Shown here piece after piece: positions 9,340-19,679 of a DNA stretch of 20,167 nt. A program made the translations under genes and the position numbers. Each line of letters starts with the position of its first letter. The first letter of the stretch is position 1. The notes beneath the pieces are model-generated. The model was not told where the DNA came from and ran no database searches. It was given only the letters and a program-made list of their open reading frames with translations. Source of the DNA: Ginkgo biloba (lineage: Eukaryota; Plantae; Ginkgophyta); assembly GCA_024626585.2 (NCBI GenBank), contig JANKJI020000002.1, positions 135,270,505 through 135,290,671 of the forward strand, written 5' to 3'.

Positions 9340-11950
9340 GAAGCCATCTTCTCTTACAAATTGGTCGATCCTCACGTGGCCTCTTTAATTGGTTTGTTGA
9401 CCATTAGACCAAGTATTACTTGATTTCTCCATTCTGCAATTTTTTATTTCTTTCATACAATTTTCCAATTGGATCATGCACCACTTGTTTTACTTCCTGC
9501 ACATGTACAAAGGTACGCATTGCATTATCAAATCTTAACAGAGCTTTCATCAAAAAATTCATATGAAACATTAGGTGCATCTTCACATTATGTTAGTAAT
9601 TGCAACCTATAATTTGTTTAATCTTTTCCAAAATTTGAAATGATTCACAATGTCAAAGTGAGCGTTGCACCCCTTTCTATTGACAAGGACCTATTAGGCC
9701 TTCCTCTCAAATATGTCATGTCACCCTCCTTAAAAGACCTTGGTGATCTATGTTGGTTCATATACAACTTGGCATGTGCTTATGAACTTTCAATATTCCT
9801 TCAACATTCCTTTAGTTCTCTTTGCATTTACTCAAACATNNNNNNNNNNNNNNNNNNNNNNNNNNNNNNNNNNNNNNNNNNNNNNNNNNNNNNNNNNNNN
9901 NNNNNNNNNNNNNNNNNNNNNNNNNNNNNNNNNNNNNNNNNNNNNNNNNNNNNNNNNNNNNNNNNNNNNNNNNNNNNNNNNNNNNNNNNNNNNNNNNNNN
10001 NNNNNNNNNNNNNNNNNNNNNNNNNNNNNNNNNNNNNNNNNNNNNNNNNNNNNNNNNNNNNNNNNNNNNNNNNNNNNNNNNNNNNNNNNNNNNNNNNNNN
10101 NNNNNNNNNNNNNNNNNNNNNNNNNNNNNNNNNNNNNNNNNNNNNNNNNNNNNNNNNNNNNNNNNNNNNNNNNNNNNNNNNNNNNNNNNNNNNNNNNNNN
10201 NNNNNNNNNNNNNNNNNNNNNNNNNNNNNNNNNNNNNNNNNNNNNNNNNNNNNNNNNNNNNNNNNNNNNNNNNNNNNNNNNNNNNNNNNNNNNNNNNNNN
10301 NNNNNNNNNNNNNNNNNNTGCCTTTGTCCTTGATAAATACGCCATAAAGTTCATGGAAATGCTCTCCCATATGCCCTCAAAATTAACAATGGCATTAACA
10401 ACCCTGTTGGTTGCTCCTTTGTGTTATTCACTTGTCCTTGTTCATGTGTTCACATCTTATCACCACTTATCGTACCTTTGTGTCTCATGCATTTATTTCC
10501 TCCATGACTCCACACTATTGTCACATTATTGGCTTGTGGCATTCTAGAAGATGCATTTTTTCTTTCCATCCTTATAGGTCAAATTGGGCCTGAATTCCTC
10601 GAATACCATGACCTATCTATATTGCCTTGACCACAATTCTACTTTTGCAAGAAATGATACATTGGATTATTATTTGTTACTACTTTAAACTCATTGCTCT
10701 TCAAGTAGATTTTCTATATCTTTAATGCATGAATGATTGCCAATAGCTCTTGATCATATATGGGATACCTTCTCTTATCATCACTTATTTTTTGCCTCAT
10801 AAGCCCCCACTTTCATCTTGGGTTAAGATGAATACAATAGCCACTCCATTAGTATCAATGTAGACGGTAAATGGTCTTGCATATTCAAGCATGAGCATGG
10901 ACGCTACAATCAACTTTTCATTTTAAGATATCAAAGCTTGCTTAAGGCTTCTCTATCCAGACAAATCTTTTGGATTTCTGAATTGGTTTTGTTGGAGGAG
11001 TTGATATCTTTAAGAAGTTTAGCACAAACCTTCATTGTACTAAATCCAAAAGGCTTTGTACCTCATACATGTTCATTAGAGTCTTTCCATTCATGCCCAC
11101 CTTTATCTTCTTAGGATCCACTTAAATTGCCCCTACAGAGAAGATGCAATTGAAATACTCCACGTATTCTTGGTAGAAGTCACATTGACACCTTGGCGTA
11201 CAATTTCTCCCTTCAAAGGACATCTAAGACCATTTGAGATGTGCTTGATGCACCTCTTTATTCTTGCTAAAAATCATGATGTCATCAAGAAAAACCACCA
11301 CAGACCTAAGGATATTATTCATTATTGCATAAATGCGATAGGTCCATTAGTCAATCCAAAGGGTATGATCAAATATTCATAAGGCCATCCCTATTGGCGA
11401 ATGGAGTATTTTTTGTGCCCTTCTTAAGATGTCCTTATGGTTTCATATTTGATGCTAGCCACTCAAATCTATTTNNNNNNNNNNNNNNNNNNNNNNNNNN
11501 NNNNNNNNNNNNNNNNNNNNNNNNNNNNNCAATCTGTGAAAGAGGGTATTTATTCTTGATTGTGACTTTATTTAGTATGTTGTAATCCACACATATTCTA
11601 ATGAATCCATCTTGCTGACAAACCAACAAAATTAGTGTTAGAAGGGGATTTGGAGGGTTGGATAAGCGCTTGATCTAACAATTCTTGGATTGCCTTTCTA
11701 CCTCTTCCTTCTTGCCATGGCACAGATAATGAGGGAATCGATAGATTGGTCTTGATCCTTCTTTCAACTAAATCTAGTTGTTCACATCTCATTCTATAGG
11801 CAACCCTTTTGGTAGATCTTTGAAAAACAAATTGTTGTATTCTTCCAACAATGGTGTCATTTTGTCATCCATGCCCTTTAATCCTTTCTTTTCATGTGAC
11901 ACCTCGCTCACAAATATCCCTAGCATTAGCTACTTGTCTTTCTCTAGCCT
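9340..11950 (-). mobile_element. Decayed chromovirus (Ty3/gypsy) pol: RT - RNase H - integrase - chromodomain
   Basis: RT: [78 protein letters not shown] (FLDD at 11281-11292), VDPKKI. RNase H: YPIYDQELLAIIHALK. Integrase: WESISMNFMAYLSRTK (core in gap 9840-10318), FQILEK..YRLQL..MHLMFHM. Chromodomain: YLV*W (9401-9415) and PIKEAT* (9372-9392). Confidence 0.92.
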
Positions 11951-11959
11951 TGTTCATAA

Positions 11960-12488
11960 ATGACCACTTAGAAAGTTTCCTTTTCCTAAAGAAAAAAGGC
12001 TTCTTTTCTTTCTTAAATATAGGCGTCTTGGGCTTAGAGAGCTCCTTTAATTGGAATGACATTTTGGGCTCACCTTGGTTTGATTGTGTAGCCTCAATCT
12101 ACAAAGCACTATTTACATAATCTTGTATGGTCATTGGTCAACTGACCACCACGCCTTGGAAAATATGAGGCTTTACTCCACGAATGAAGTGGTGAACTAT
12201 GTACCCCATGGGAAAGTTTGACACTTGTGCAAAAGGGTTGTCTCACTTACTCTTAAACTCTTGCTTTTAATCAACTTTGCTTAAGGTTTAACACTTGGGG
12301 CATACGCTTCATGTATGCCATTCTAGGATGCATATTTCGTAAGCATAATATCTTTCATTTAAGACCATAAACTTACCAATGGCCAAATTCCATCCTCCAC
12401 TTTGGTTTGCACAATGTTCCATCACTCGTGCAGATCCTTTAGGTGCAAATGTGATTATGGCTACTTTATTTTAATTAAGAATATTGAA
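11960..12488 (-). mobile_element. Gag, C-terminal part, of the same chromovirus
   Basis: NKVAIITFAPKGSARV, LWS*MKDIMLTKY, LNLKQS and VHHFIRGVKPHI match Retrotrans_gag-type motifs. Confidence 0.75.
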
Positions 12489-12793
12489 NNNNNNNNNNNN
12501 NNNNNNNNNNNNNNNNNNNNNNNNNNNNNNNNNNNNNNNNNNNNNNNNNNNNNNNNNNNNNNNNNNNNNNNNNNNNNNNNNNNNNNNNNNNNNNNNNNNN
12601 NNNNNNNNNNNNNNNNNNNNNNNNNNNNNNNNNNNNNNNNNNNNNNNNNNNNNNNNNNNNNNNNNNNNNNNNNNNNNNNNNNNNNNNNNNNNNNNNNNNN
12701 NNNNNNNNNNNNNNNNNNNNNNNNNNNNNNNNNNNNNNNNNNNNNNNNNNNNNNNNNNNNNNNNNNNNNNNNNNNNNNNNNNNNNNNNNNNNN

Positions 12794-13576
12794 TGGTTGT
12801 TCTTTTATATGGACATCATCACACATATTCAAATCAAAAGTAAGGGGTGTTGGGTGGCTGGAGTTAACCTATGATGATAGCCTAACCCCCATGTCCATAT
12901 GCTCATCGACAACCTCATCATTGTAATTAACTACTAATCCTTGTAGAGAAGGATCCCATATTTCTCTTTCAAGTTGGATGTGTTGTTGTTGGTCTTACCA
13001 CTGTCAAGTCCTTAATTGAATCCCTCCTCCATGATTATTGGGCTAGAAACTTTATCTCAACATGTGCCCTGATGAACTCCTTGCCTCATCTTGAATGTAA
13101 TTTTCTCCATCAAGGATTGAAGATGCTTGATGTTAGTAGCATAGGGCTCTAAATGGGATTTCATCTGTGAAGACACATTATAATAGAAAGAGTGAATAAT
13201 ATGAGCAACAATATCAACAACATGTGAACCATTAAACATTGCACCATTTTTTACTATCCAAAGAATCTTCGCTCCAATGATGTGCCAAGTCATTAAATAT
13301 CCCTGATCCAAAGCATATGTATTACTGAGAAGTGCCATGCTCCACTGCAAAGGTTGAAAGAAATGCCTTCTAGTGGCCAACCTAATAGTATCCCAAAGTG
13401 GCTTGACTCGAGAGCAGTTACAAAAGAGATGCAAAGGAGATTCTTCTTTCATACAAAAAGGACAAGATCAATCAATTCCCAACTTAGCTAACTGGAAAAC
13501 CACAAGAAGACCATTATGGATTAAGAGCCAAGAACATTTTTTTTCCTCCTCAATGTGGATCTTTTAGATCAGACTT
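12794..13576 (-). mobile_element. 5'-truncated L1-type LINE fragment (ORF2 C-terminal zf-RVT region) inserted in gag
   Basis: SLI*KIHIEEEKKCSWLLIHNGL..LAKLGID*SCPFCMKEESPLHLFCNCSRVKPLW...TWHIIGAKILWIVKNGAMFNG is the C-x2-C...H-x3-C zf-RVT motif plus the W..RN..F-type motif of plant LINEs. The 3' end probably lies in gap 12489-12793. Confidence 0.88.
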
Positions 13577-13950
13577 AACCCTCTAGTGTCCTTACCCATG
13601 ATCTAATTGAGGAATTGACTCCTCTTCCATCAAAGAAAGGCATTTGTTCATTCTTTAATTACTTCACATTCTCAAGTAGCTTCCATTCTTACCGAGCCTA
13701 CTTATGCCTTAGTTCAGCATCTTGTGAATCATCATATTGGCATATCTACTNNNNNNNNNNAAGCTTAATCGGCTCCTCCCCTTCTTCTAGTTTAAAATGA
13801 GGGTCTTCTAATGGATACAAATTCATCCTTTTCCACCTAAGTTTGTAGATTAGGATTGGCTTATTTGGTTTCTTTCATTGCTCCTCGGTGCTCTTCATGC
13901 TAGCCAACTTCTTTAATATCTCAAATTCCATTATGTTTGTAAGAGTCTTT
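13577..13950 (-). mobile_element. Gag, N-terminal part, of the chromovirus
   Basis: EWKLLENVK*LKNEQMPFFDGRGVNSSIRSWVRTLEG (P.F.G...W...E motif) continues naturally into FNILN..KVAI at 12488 once the LINE is removed. A degenerate Met-i PBS-like AGGAATTAGAGCC (10/13 to TGGTATCAGAGCC) lies at about 13963-13975. Confidence 0.65.
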
Positions 13951-14911
13951 TCTATTCCCTAGGGCTCTAATTCCTCTATGACCACCCAGACAGAGAGCAT
14001 TCCAAAATTGCAACATATATGTTCACATGTTTTCAGATATTTTATTCATATTAATTATGGTGCATTACAATTTAAAAATGTAGATGACAAAGTTCATAAG
14101 CATTTGACCATTAGTATTGTGAGATGGTGACTTAGGGAATTGAGCATCCATTGTAGGCCTTGGGGATGACCTAAGAGGCTTACGGCATCAACAACAAAAC
14201 CTTTAATGGCATCCTTGTGTACATTGTTGGTTCCTAACAACTAATACTAATTCACTACACTCCACCCCTTAATTTGACAACAGTAAGGATGCTAGGCCAT
14301 ATGTATCATTTTAACCCCTTTTTTGTATGAGGATTATCTTTAGTAAAATTCCACCCTTAATTAACAATGTTTATTTATATTACTTTTGGATATCTTTTTA
14401 CAAGTATCTTTTCAACCCATTTATATTAATTTATTGTACTATGACTAACAGTTCCACGGATATCCTTCTAGCTTGATAATCACTTGGGGTTTATTTCAAC
14501 TTATATGGCTAATGACACAATGGTTATCCTTTTAACTTAATGGTCATATCATCCATCACGAGGGCTATGGGGTCGGATGCTCCTTACACTGGGGTATATT
14601 GCAACCAACTTTCAATTTAAGAATATAAATGCATGCAAAATAACAAGGTTAATCATGTAATATTATCCCTCGATTCATATCTATTGTAGTATCCATGTCA
14701 TTCATAGATCCAAGACCTAGGGTGTCATCATAGTAGGGTCAAATTAGGTTTGCATGACAAAGAGAAGGTTTCTTGCATATATTATTCATTCCATGCATCA
14801 TAACTATCATTTATTTCATCATTCTAACCTCAAAATATCTCCAGAAAGAGATGCCCTACTTTATTTATGCATTTTATCCATCAATGATGGAGTCAACAAA
14901 TATATTAATCA

Positions 14912-14953
14912 ATAGATTTATTTCTAGGTTATGATAGCTAGAAATAAATCTAT
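14912..14953. repeat. Perfect 16-bp inverted repeat with 10-nt loop
   Basis: ATAGATTTATTTCTAG-gttatgatag-CTAGAAATAAATCTAT. Confidence 0.92.
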
Positions 14954-15032
14954 AGCATTAGGATTTCAAAAAACTTATCAATCTAGGAGACTCATGTATT
15001 CAAAATGCTCTACTTAATGAATATGAATGTAG

Positions 15033-15238
15033 CCATGGGTGAATTCTTTTATAATAGGATTTGGAAGTGGAGCACTTAAAATTCCAACCATTGAATTCTT
15101 CCAGTCCTAACAAAATTCCAACCAGGATTTGGAAGTGGAGCACTCAAAAGTCCAACCATGGGTAAAGTCATAATGTTAGTCGATTTTCTCTAAATTTTTC
15201 AAGAAAGGAAGAAGTCTGAAAGAACCATTGAATTCTTT
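15033..15238. repeat. Mosaic of short direct duplications
   Basis: AGGATTTGGAAGTGGAGCACTYAAAAKTCCAACCAT at 15056-15091 and 15124-15159 (2 mismatches); AAAATTCCAACCA-type x3; AACCATTGAATTCTT x2; CCATGGGT x2. Confidence 0.85.
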
Positions 15239-15394
15239 AACAAATCTAAAGATTTCTTAAATATTGGGAATCTTTAAGGTAAATTACATGAGACACTGGA
15301 GAAATTGCTAGAAGAAGTTCAAAATAGACTTCAAGAACCAGAGACGAGAGGAAAGAGCTTGAAGGTGGTTAATAAGTGGAAGAACTTCAAGAGA

Positions 15395-15836
15395 TGTAAC
15401 ATCCCCCGCAACTCAAAGTGCAACACTTACAAGAAATTAAGGTGAGCTCGGAAATAAAATTGCACAAGGTAGATAAAGAATTGGACAAGTATACAAATGA
15501 GAATGCTCCAATAATTTTATTGATAACAAATACAAATGAATTTGCTTACCAATGTGAGGGCACTGTTTGATTTAGAAAGGGTAATGGCATTCACTCCCGT
15601 ATCACGGTTTTTAGTGAACTCATCTGACAGCCAACCAACCCCATACAGATGACACGACCTCGTGTGGGCCCCATGCCCAATTCACAAGTGATCACACGAC
15701 CCCGTGTTAACCACAAAAGAAGGATACTCNNNNNNNNNNNNNNNNNNNNNNNNNNNNNNNNNNNNNNNNNNNNNNNNNNNNNNNNNNNNNNNNNNNNNNN
15801 NNNNNNNNNNNNNNNNNNNNNNNNNNNNNGGTTATA
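15395..15836 (-). mobile_element. Solo-LTR-like insertion
   Basis: TGTAACATCCC at 15395 (- strand end GGGATGTTACA), AATAAA on the - strand near 15515-15520, two ACACG-N4-CGTGT palindromes (15652-15665, 15694-15707) and a possible decayed terminus GGTTATA at 15830-15836. No TSD found. Confidence 0.45.
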
Positions 15837-17939
15837 GTCAAAGTTTGGGATTTTAGGCTTCCTAACTCATAAAGTATCAAGGGTGAACCCTGAAAAAATG
15901 AAGACCCCAAAAAATTTAGCTATGTTGATACATATGATGCAATATTGTGGCATATCCCAACCCACTAAGACTTTGTGATTCAATATATAATCATTTGATT
16001 TGGTGATCCTTTTAGGTATTTTGAATCCAAATGAGATTACCCGTACTTAATATTAAAGGAGGCGCCATGCTTCACACCTTATGGACCATATAAATGTTAG
16101 TTGAAACTCCATTCTTGCATTTATTCACAAGTTTAAAGTGTATGTCTCTAGGGATCTTTCCTTAGTATCAAAGATGACTTTATACATTAGATTTTTGGTG
16201 ACCAAAGTCCATGAGAGTCAAAGGAGGGAAGCATGCTAGGGTAGGTATGGCAGTTTTAGGGTCCATAAAGAAGCAATTTTAGATGCAACTCGAAGAATTT
16301 ATGGATAATTTTTTATAAGATATGTTGGGGGTGGCCAACCACTTGGGGAGGAGAAGGATAAAAATAAAAAAGATCAAAGGATGAAATTTCATTGAGTGTA
16401 ACTGGTGAGAGAATCAATTTTACCTTATGTCTTATGTGTCTTTCCTATGTTGCCTTTGTCTCGTCAGTTCTAGTCCATTCTCATAAACTATCAACTAGAA
16501 GGGGGTTACCCTAAGTGAATTTGGATAATTATTTTGCATCCAAATATCAATCACTTTTGTTTTCTGGTTGTGAATATTATTCTCATTCATTATGTAGTAA
16601 TCTCCCTCTTTACAAGCCTAAAGATTGAGTGCTATTGGTTTTTGGTTATGAATATAATTTTTATATCTTTTCTCATTTGTCTTAATATATTCATTATATT
16701 TGATCGAGTGATGATTTTGATATGCATTCATAAATTATGTTGAATGTATAAGTGTTTGGCCATATATCATGCATTGCCAGTGTATGTCCAAGGTCAAACT
16801 ATGTTGAATCTATGAGAATGATCATCAATGTGACCTTTTATTTTATGATTTTTCATATATACATTATTTCTTATATCAATAATCTTATAATTTAAAGAAT
16901 TAATTCAAAATAAGGGATTATTTTCCATTGAGGAGAAGTGGGTTTTTAGTTTTAAACTCTGAGCACTACTTGAGGAATTTTATTGGACCCTCTCACCTCT
17001 TTTAACAAGATTACGGTTGTCAAATACTCTTATTGAGTGTTGCTAGTGATTGTGTGAGATCACTAGATGCACTATTCTACCTAAGTTGATTAAGCAATGA
17101 TGGTGAATTTGGATCAAATAGTATTTCTAATCATTCCCTTGCAATAATTATTACCTAAAGGGTTTCACTTTATGCTACTACTATTTCACTTAAGAGGGTG
17201 TTCAAAACAAAGGGTTTTTTTACGTTGGTCTAGTGTTGTCTCGTTATGTTTTTTCTTCTTCCTTTTATTGTCATCTAAATATTGATATGTTATTGATGCC
17301 TTTTCAACTTCAATAATAGATTTTTATATGTTAGTTTTCCATGTGTTCTTTATTCCATGTGATACATTTTCCCCTCTCTAGTAAGAAAAACCAAAAATAA
17401 AAAGAAAAATATGATAGACCCTTTTGTATAGTGTGAATATTCATTATAAACAACTCCCCACTTAGTATAAATTTTATGTGTTGTAATAAGCGAGCTTCCC
17501 CTCAAAATAGTGGAGGAAGACCATCTTCCCCTCTATTGTCATTTTTATAACAATGCCCACAGGGCAATACAATTAAAGTTATTATTTATCATCGGTGCAT
17601 AAAATATTGACAACAGAACTATTGACCATACTAAGGAATGACTTGAATATAACTTTTAATCATATGTGATTGTTCGATCTAGCTCGATTAAAGAAACCAT
17701 ACACAATATTGGACAAAATTAGAGATATACTAGACAACTCATTCTTGACCCAAAGAGGAGAATTTTTGGGGGAGTCCACAGCGTTAGAAATTAAAGCATT
17801 TATTCCAACTATTTTTGTTTCACTTAGATTGTTTAGATCCTAATCATTCCCCATTAGTCCCTCCAAGCTAAGAAAACCTCTTAGTCCCCATACCTCCAAT
17901 CCTATCATTTGAGATACAATCCTCCAACCCCCTTACATC

Positions 17940-18720
17940 CCAATGGAAACCCTATGGGTTACAATCGGACCATTGAATTTCAGAGAAAACCTTAACGCTC
18001 TACCAAGTGGAGCTAAATATTATCTACCACATTTTATAGGAGAATGGAAAATTAGCTTTAGAGGATCATTTGGTCACTTTTTCTCAAGCTTGCACCATAT
18101 TAGTCATGACATTAGAAATTATCATCATAATATTGTTTGTGTAGACATTGGAAGAGAAAGCATTGATCTAGTTTAGATTATTACCAATTATTCCATCACA
18201 AATTGGGCCAAATTCGTTTCCCAATTTAATAACAAGTATAGTGTCTTGGTCAGTAATCATGCTTTATTAAAATACTTTAATGATAATTTACAAAAGAAAA
18301 ATATAGTCTATCAAGGATTTCAATCTATTGTTGAACTAAGTGAAGAATAAGATCCCAACATAATTCAGGCCTACAAACGAGATCTATTTTTTCTTCTACA
18401 TGTAAGATATGGACCCTAAAATGAGGTACAAGCTCAAAGCCAAACATATTGATAATATGGCTAATGTAAGGTGGTTGCACAAATGATTGAGAATAGTCTT
18501 ATTGAGTCCAGAAATATTAATTTTACTTCATCCTCTTATATTAAAGTAGAAAGAGAAGGAAATTCCAAACAATCTAAAGCTTCAAAGACTTTGAGGTTGA
18601 TCCAAAACCTAAGTAATGAACCGAATTCCTTAAAAATTTAAGTAGGAGAGGGNNNNNNNNNNNNNNNNNNNNNNNAACTAAATCAGAATCGATTCAAGGG
18701 GGGAAATCAACAAGCCTTAG
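17940..18720 (+). mobile_element. Decayed gag of a non-chromoviral Ty3/gypsy element (Tat/Ogre-like)
   Basis: GPLNFRENLNALPSGAKYYLPHFIGEWKIS, EDHLVTFSQAC, LFV*TLEEKALI*FRLLP, SITNWAKFVSQFNNKY, IPT*FRPT, MDPKMRYKLK, AQMIENSLIES, LIQNLSNE. The AT-rich region 16500-17800 may be its LTR/leader but could not be delimited. Confidence 0.8.
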
Positions 18721-18745
18721 TTGGGTGATGTAATGGGATACATGA

Positions 18746-18916
18746 AACCATCTGACCTATGTTAATGAGATCATTCCTTCCCTTATATTATAGAGATAAT
18801 GAAGGGAAGAGACTGTAATAGGATCACATATGTACTAGTTAGCCTTTATTGGGCAATGTACCAAGATCTATGCAACCATCTAACCTATGTTAATGAGATC
18901 ATTCCTTCCCTTATAT
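18746..18916. repeat. 43-bp direct repeat, 2 copies, period 128, next to an N gap
   Basis: AACCATCTRACCTATGTTAATGAGATCATTCCTTCCCTTATAT at 18746-18788 and 18874-18916, 1 mismatch. Confidence 0.9.
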
Positions 18917-19103
18917 NNNNNNNNNNNNNNNNNNNNNNNNNNNNNNNNNNNNNNNNNNNNNNNNNNNNNNNNNNNNNNNNNNNNNNNNNNNNNNNNNNNN
19001 NNNNNNNNNNNNNNNNAGAGATCAAGTCTTTAGGCATTTTTTTTTTAACTTTCGTGTCGAGGGAGGTGTTATCATTTAACTATGACAAATGACAAATTGT
19101 GAA

Positions 19104-19339
19104 CACCACAAGAGTGGATCATTGACATTATTAGTGGGGTATTCCTATTAAGATCTTAGAGGTAATCATAGACGATGGTCATGTCACCGATAAGAAATTG
19201 AGTTATGATGACATCGTCATCGCTGATGGACGACAAAGAAAATTTATAAGAGAATGGTAAAGAGTGTCACTGATGGGTGACATAGGACTATCTTATCATC
19301 GATGAATGACATAGGTAAATCACCACCTTTGTCGTAGTT
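19104..19339. mobile_element. Putative degenerate mini-CACTA (non-autonomous) element within the LTR
   Basis: Left end CACCACAAGA (9/10 to CACTACAAGA), right end TGTCGTAGTT (7/10 to TCTTGTAGTG), flanks GAA/GCA as a possible 3-bp TSD, and internal ~21-bp repeats at 19219, 19266 and 19295. Confidence 0.4.
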
Positions 19340-19347
19340 GCATCATT

Positions 19348-19359
19348 TGGTATTAGAGC
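19348..19359 (+). other. Primer-binding site for initiator tRNA-Met (TGGTATTAGAGC)
   Basis: 11/12 match to TGGTATCAGAGC, 2 nt after the LTR-terminal CA. Further copies at 19392-19403 (inverted) and 19409-19420 (direct). Confidence 0.85.
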
Positions 19360-19679
19360 AAGTTAAATATCACTAAAGATGTGGCAAAGTTGGTTTGATA
19401 CCATCATTTAGTATCAAAGCACAGTTAATATCAATACATAGTGAATAATAGAGTGCAGTAAATATTGAAGGAGGTAGTCAAATATGGAACCTAGTTTGGC
19501 CAAAGATGGTAGAGAATTATAGCAAGTAATGGATACCATATTGAGAAGGCTTGAAGAGTTTGAGAATGAGTTGTGGAGTTAAAGACCTAAGGCAATGCTG
19601 AGTCAGAACCATAACGCAAAGATCCAGATCTAAACCTAAAATATCTACTAACAAATTTATAAAACAATAATAGAGGTGG

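Larger units (their letters stand above)
18726..19345 (+). mobile_element. 5' LTR of a CRM-like chromovirus inserted into the Tat-like element
   Basis: Termini TGATG (18726) and CATCA (19341-19345) are reverse complements. The LTR is followed after TT by a Met-i PBS and then gag, and the upstream Tat-like gag homology stops near 18720. Confidence 0.7.

Noticed and set aside
9640-10547. Long ORFs (180-241 aa) in the ORF track
   Set aside because: They are open only because they cross the 479-nt N gap. The flanks are antisense or fragmentary integrase.
12402-12926. ORFs of 119-174 aa
   Set aside because: Mostly N, and they bridge unrelated gag and LINE sequence.
14718-14730. GGGTGTCATCA as a + strand LTR end
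   Set aside because: No PBS, matching 5' end or TSD could be identified.
15056-15159. 36-bp repeats separated by 32 bp, resembling a CRISPR repeat-spacer-repeat
   Set aside because: Only two copies, the spacer is largely built from local duplications, and there are no cas genes.
16534-16743. Hydrophobic 69-aa ORF (possible membrane or env-like peptide)
   Set aside because: Explained by T-rich low-complexity DNA and a local imperfect duplication, with a non-ATG start.
17763-17785. TTTTTGGGGGAGTCCAC as PBS of the Tat-like element
   Set aside because: The position is suitable, but the match to a tRNA 3' end is too weak and no LTR-terminal CA precedes it.
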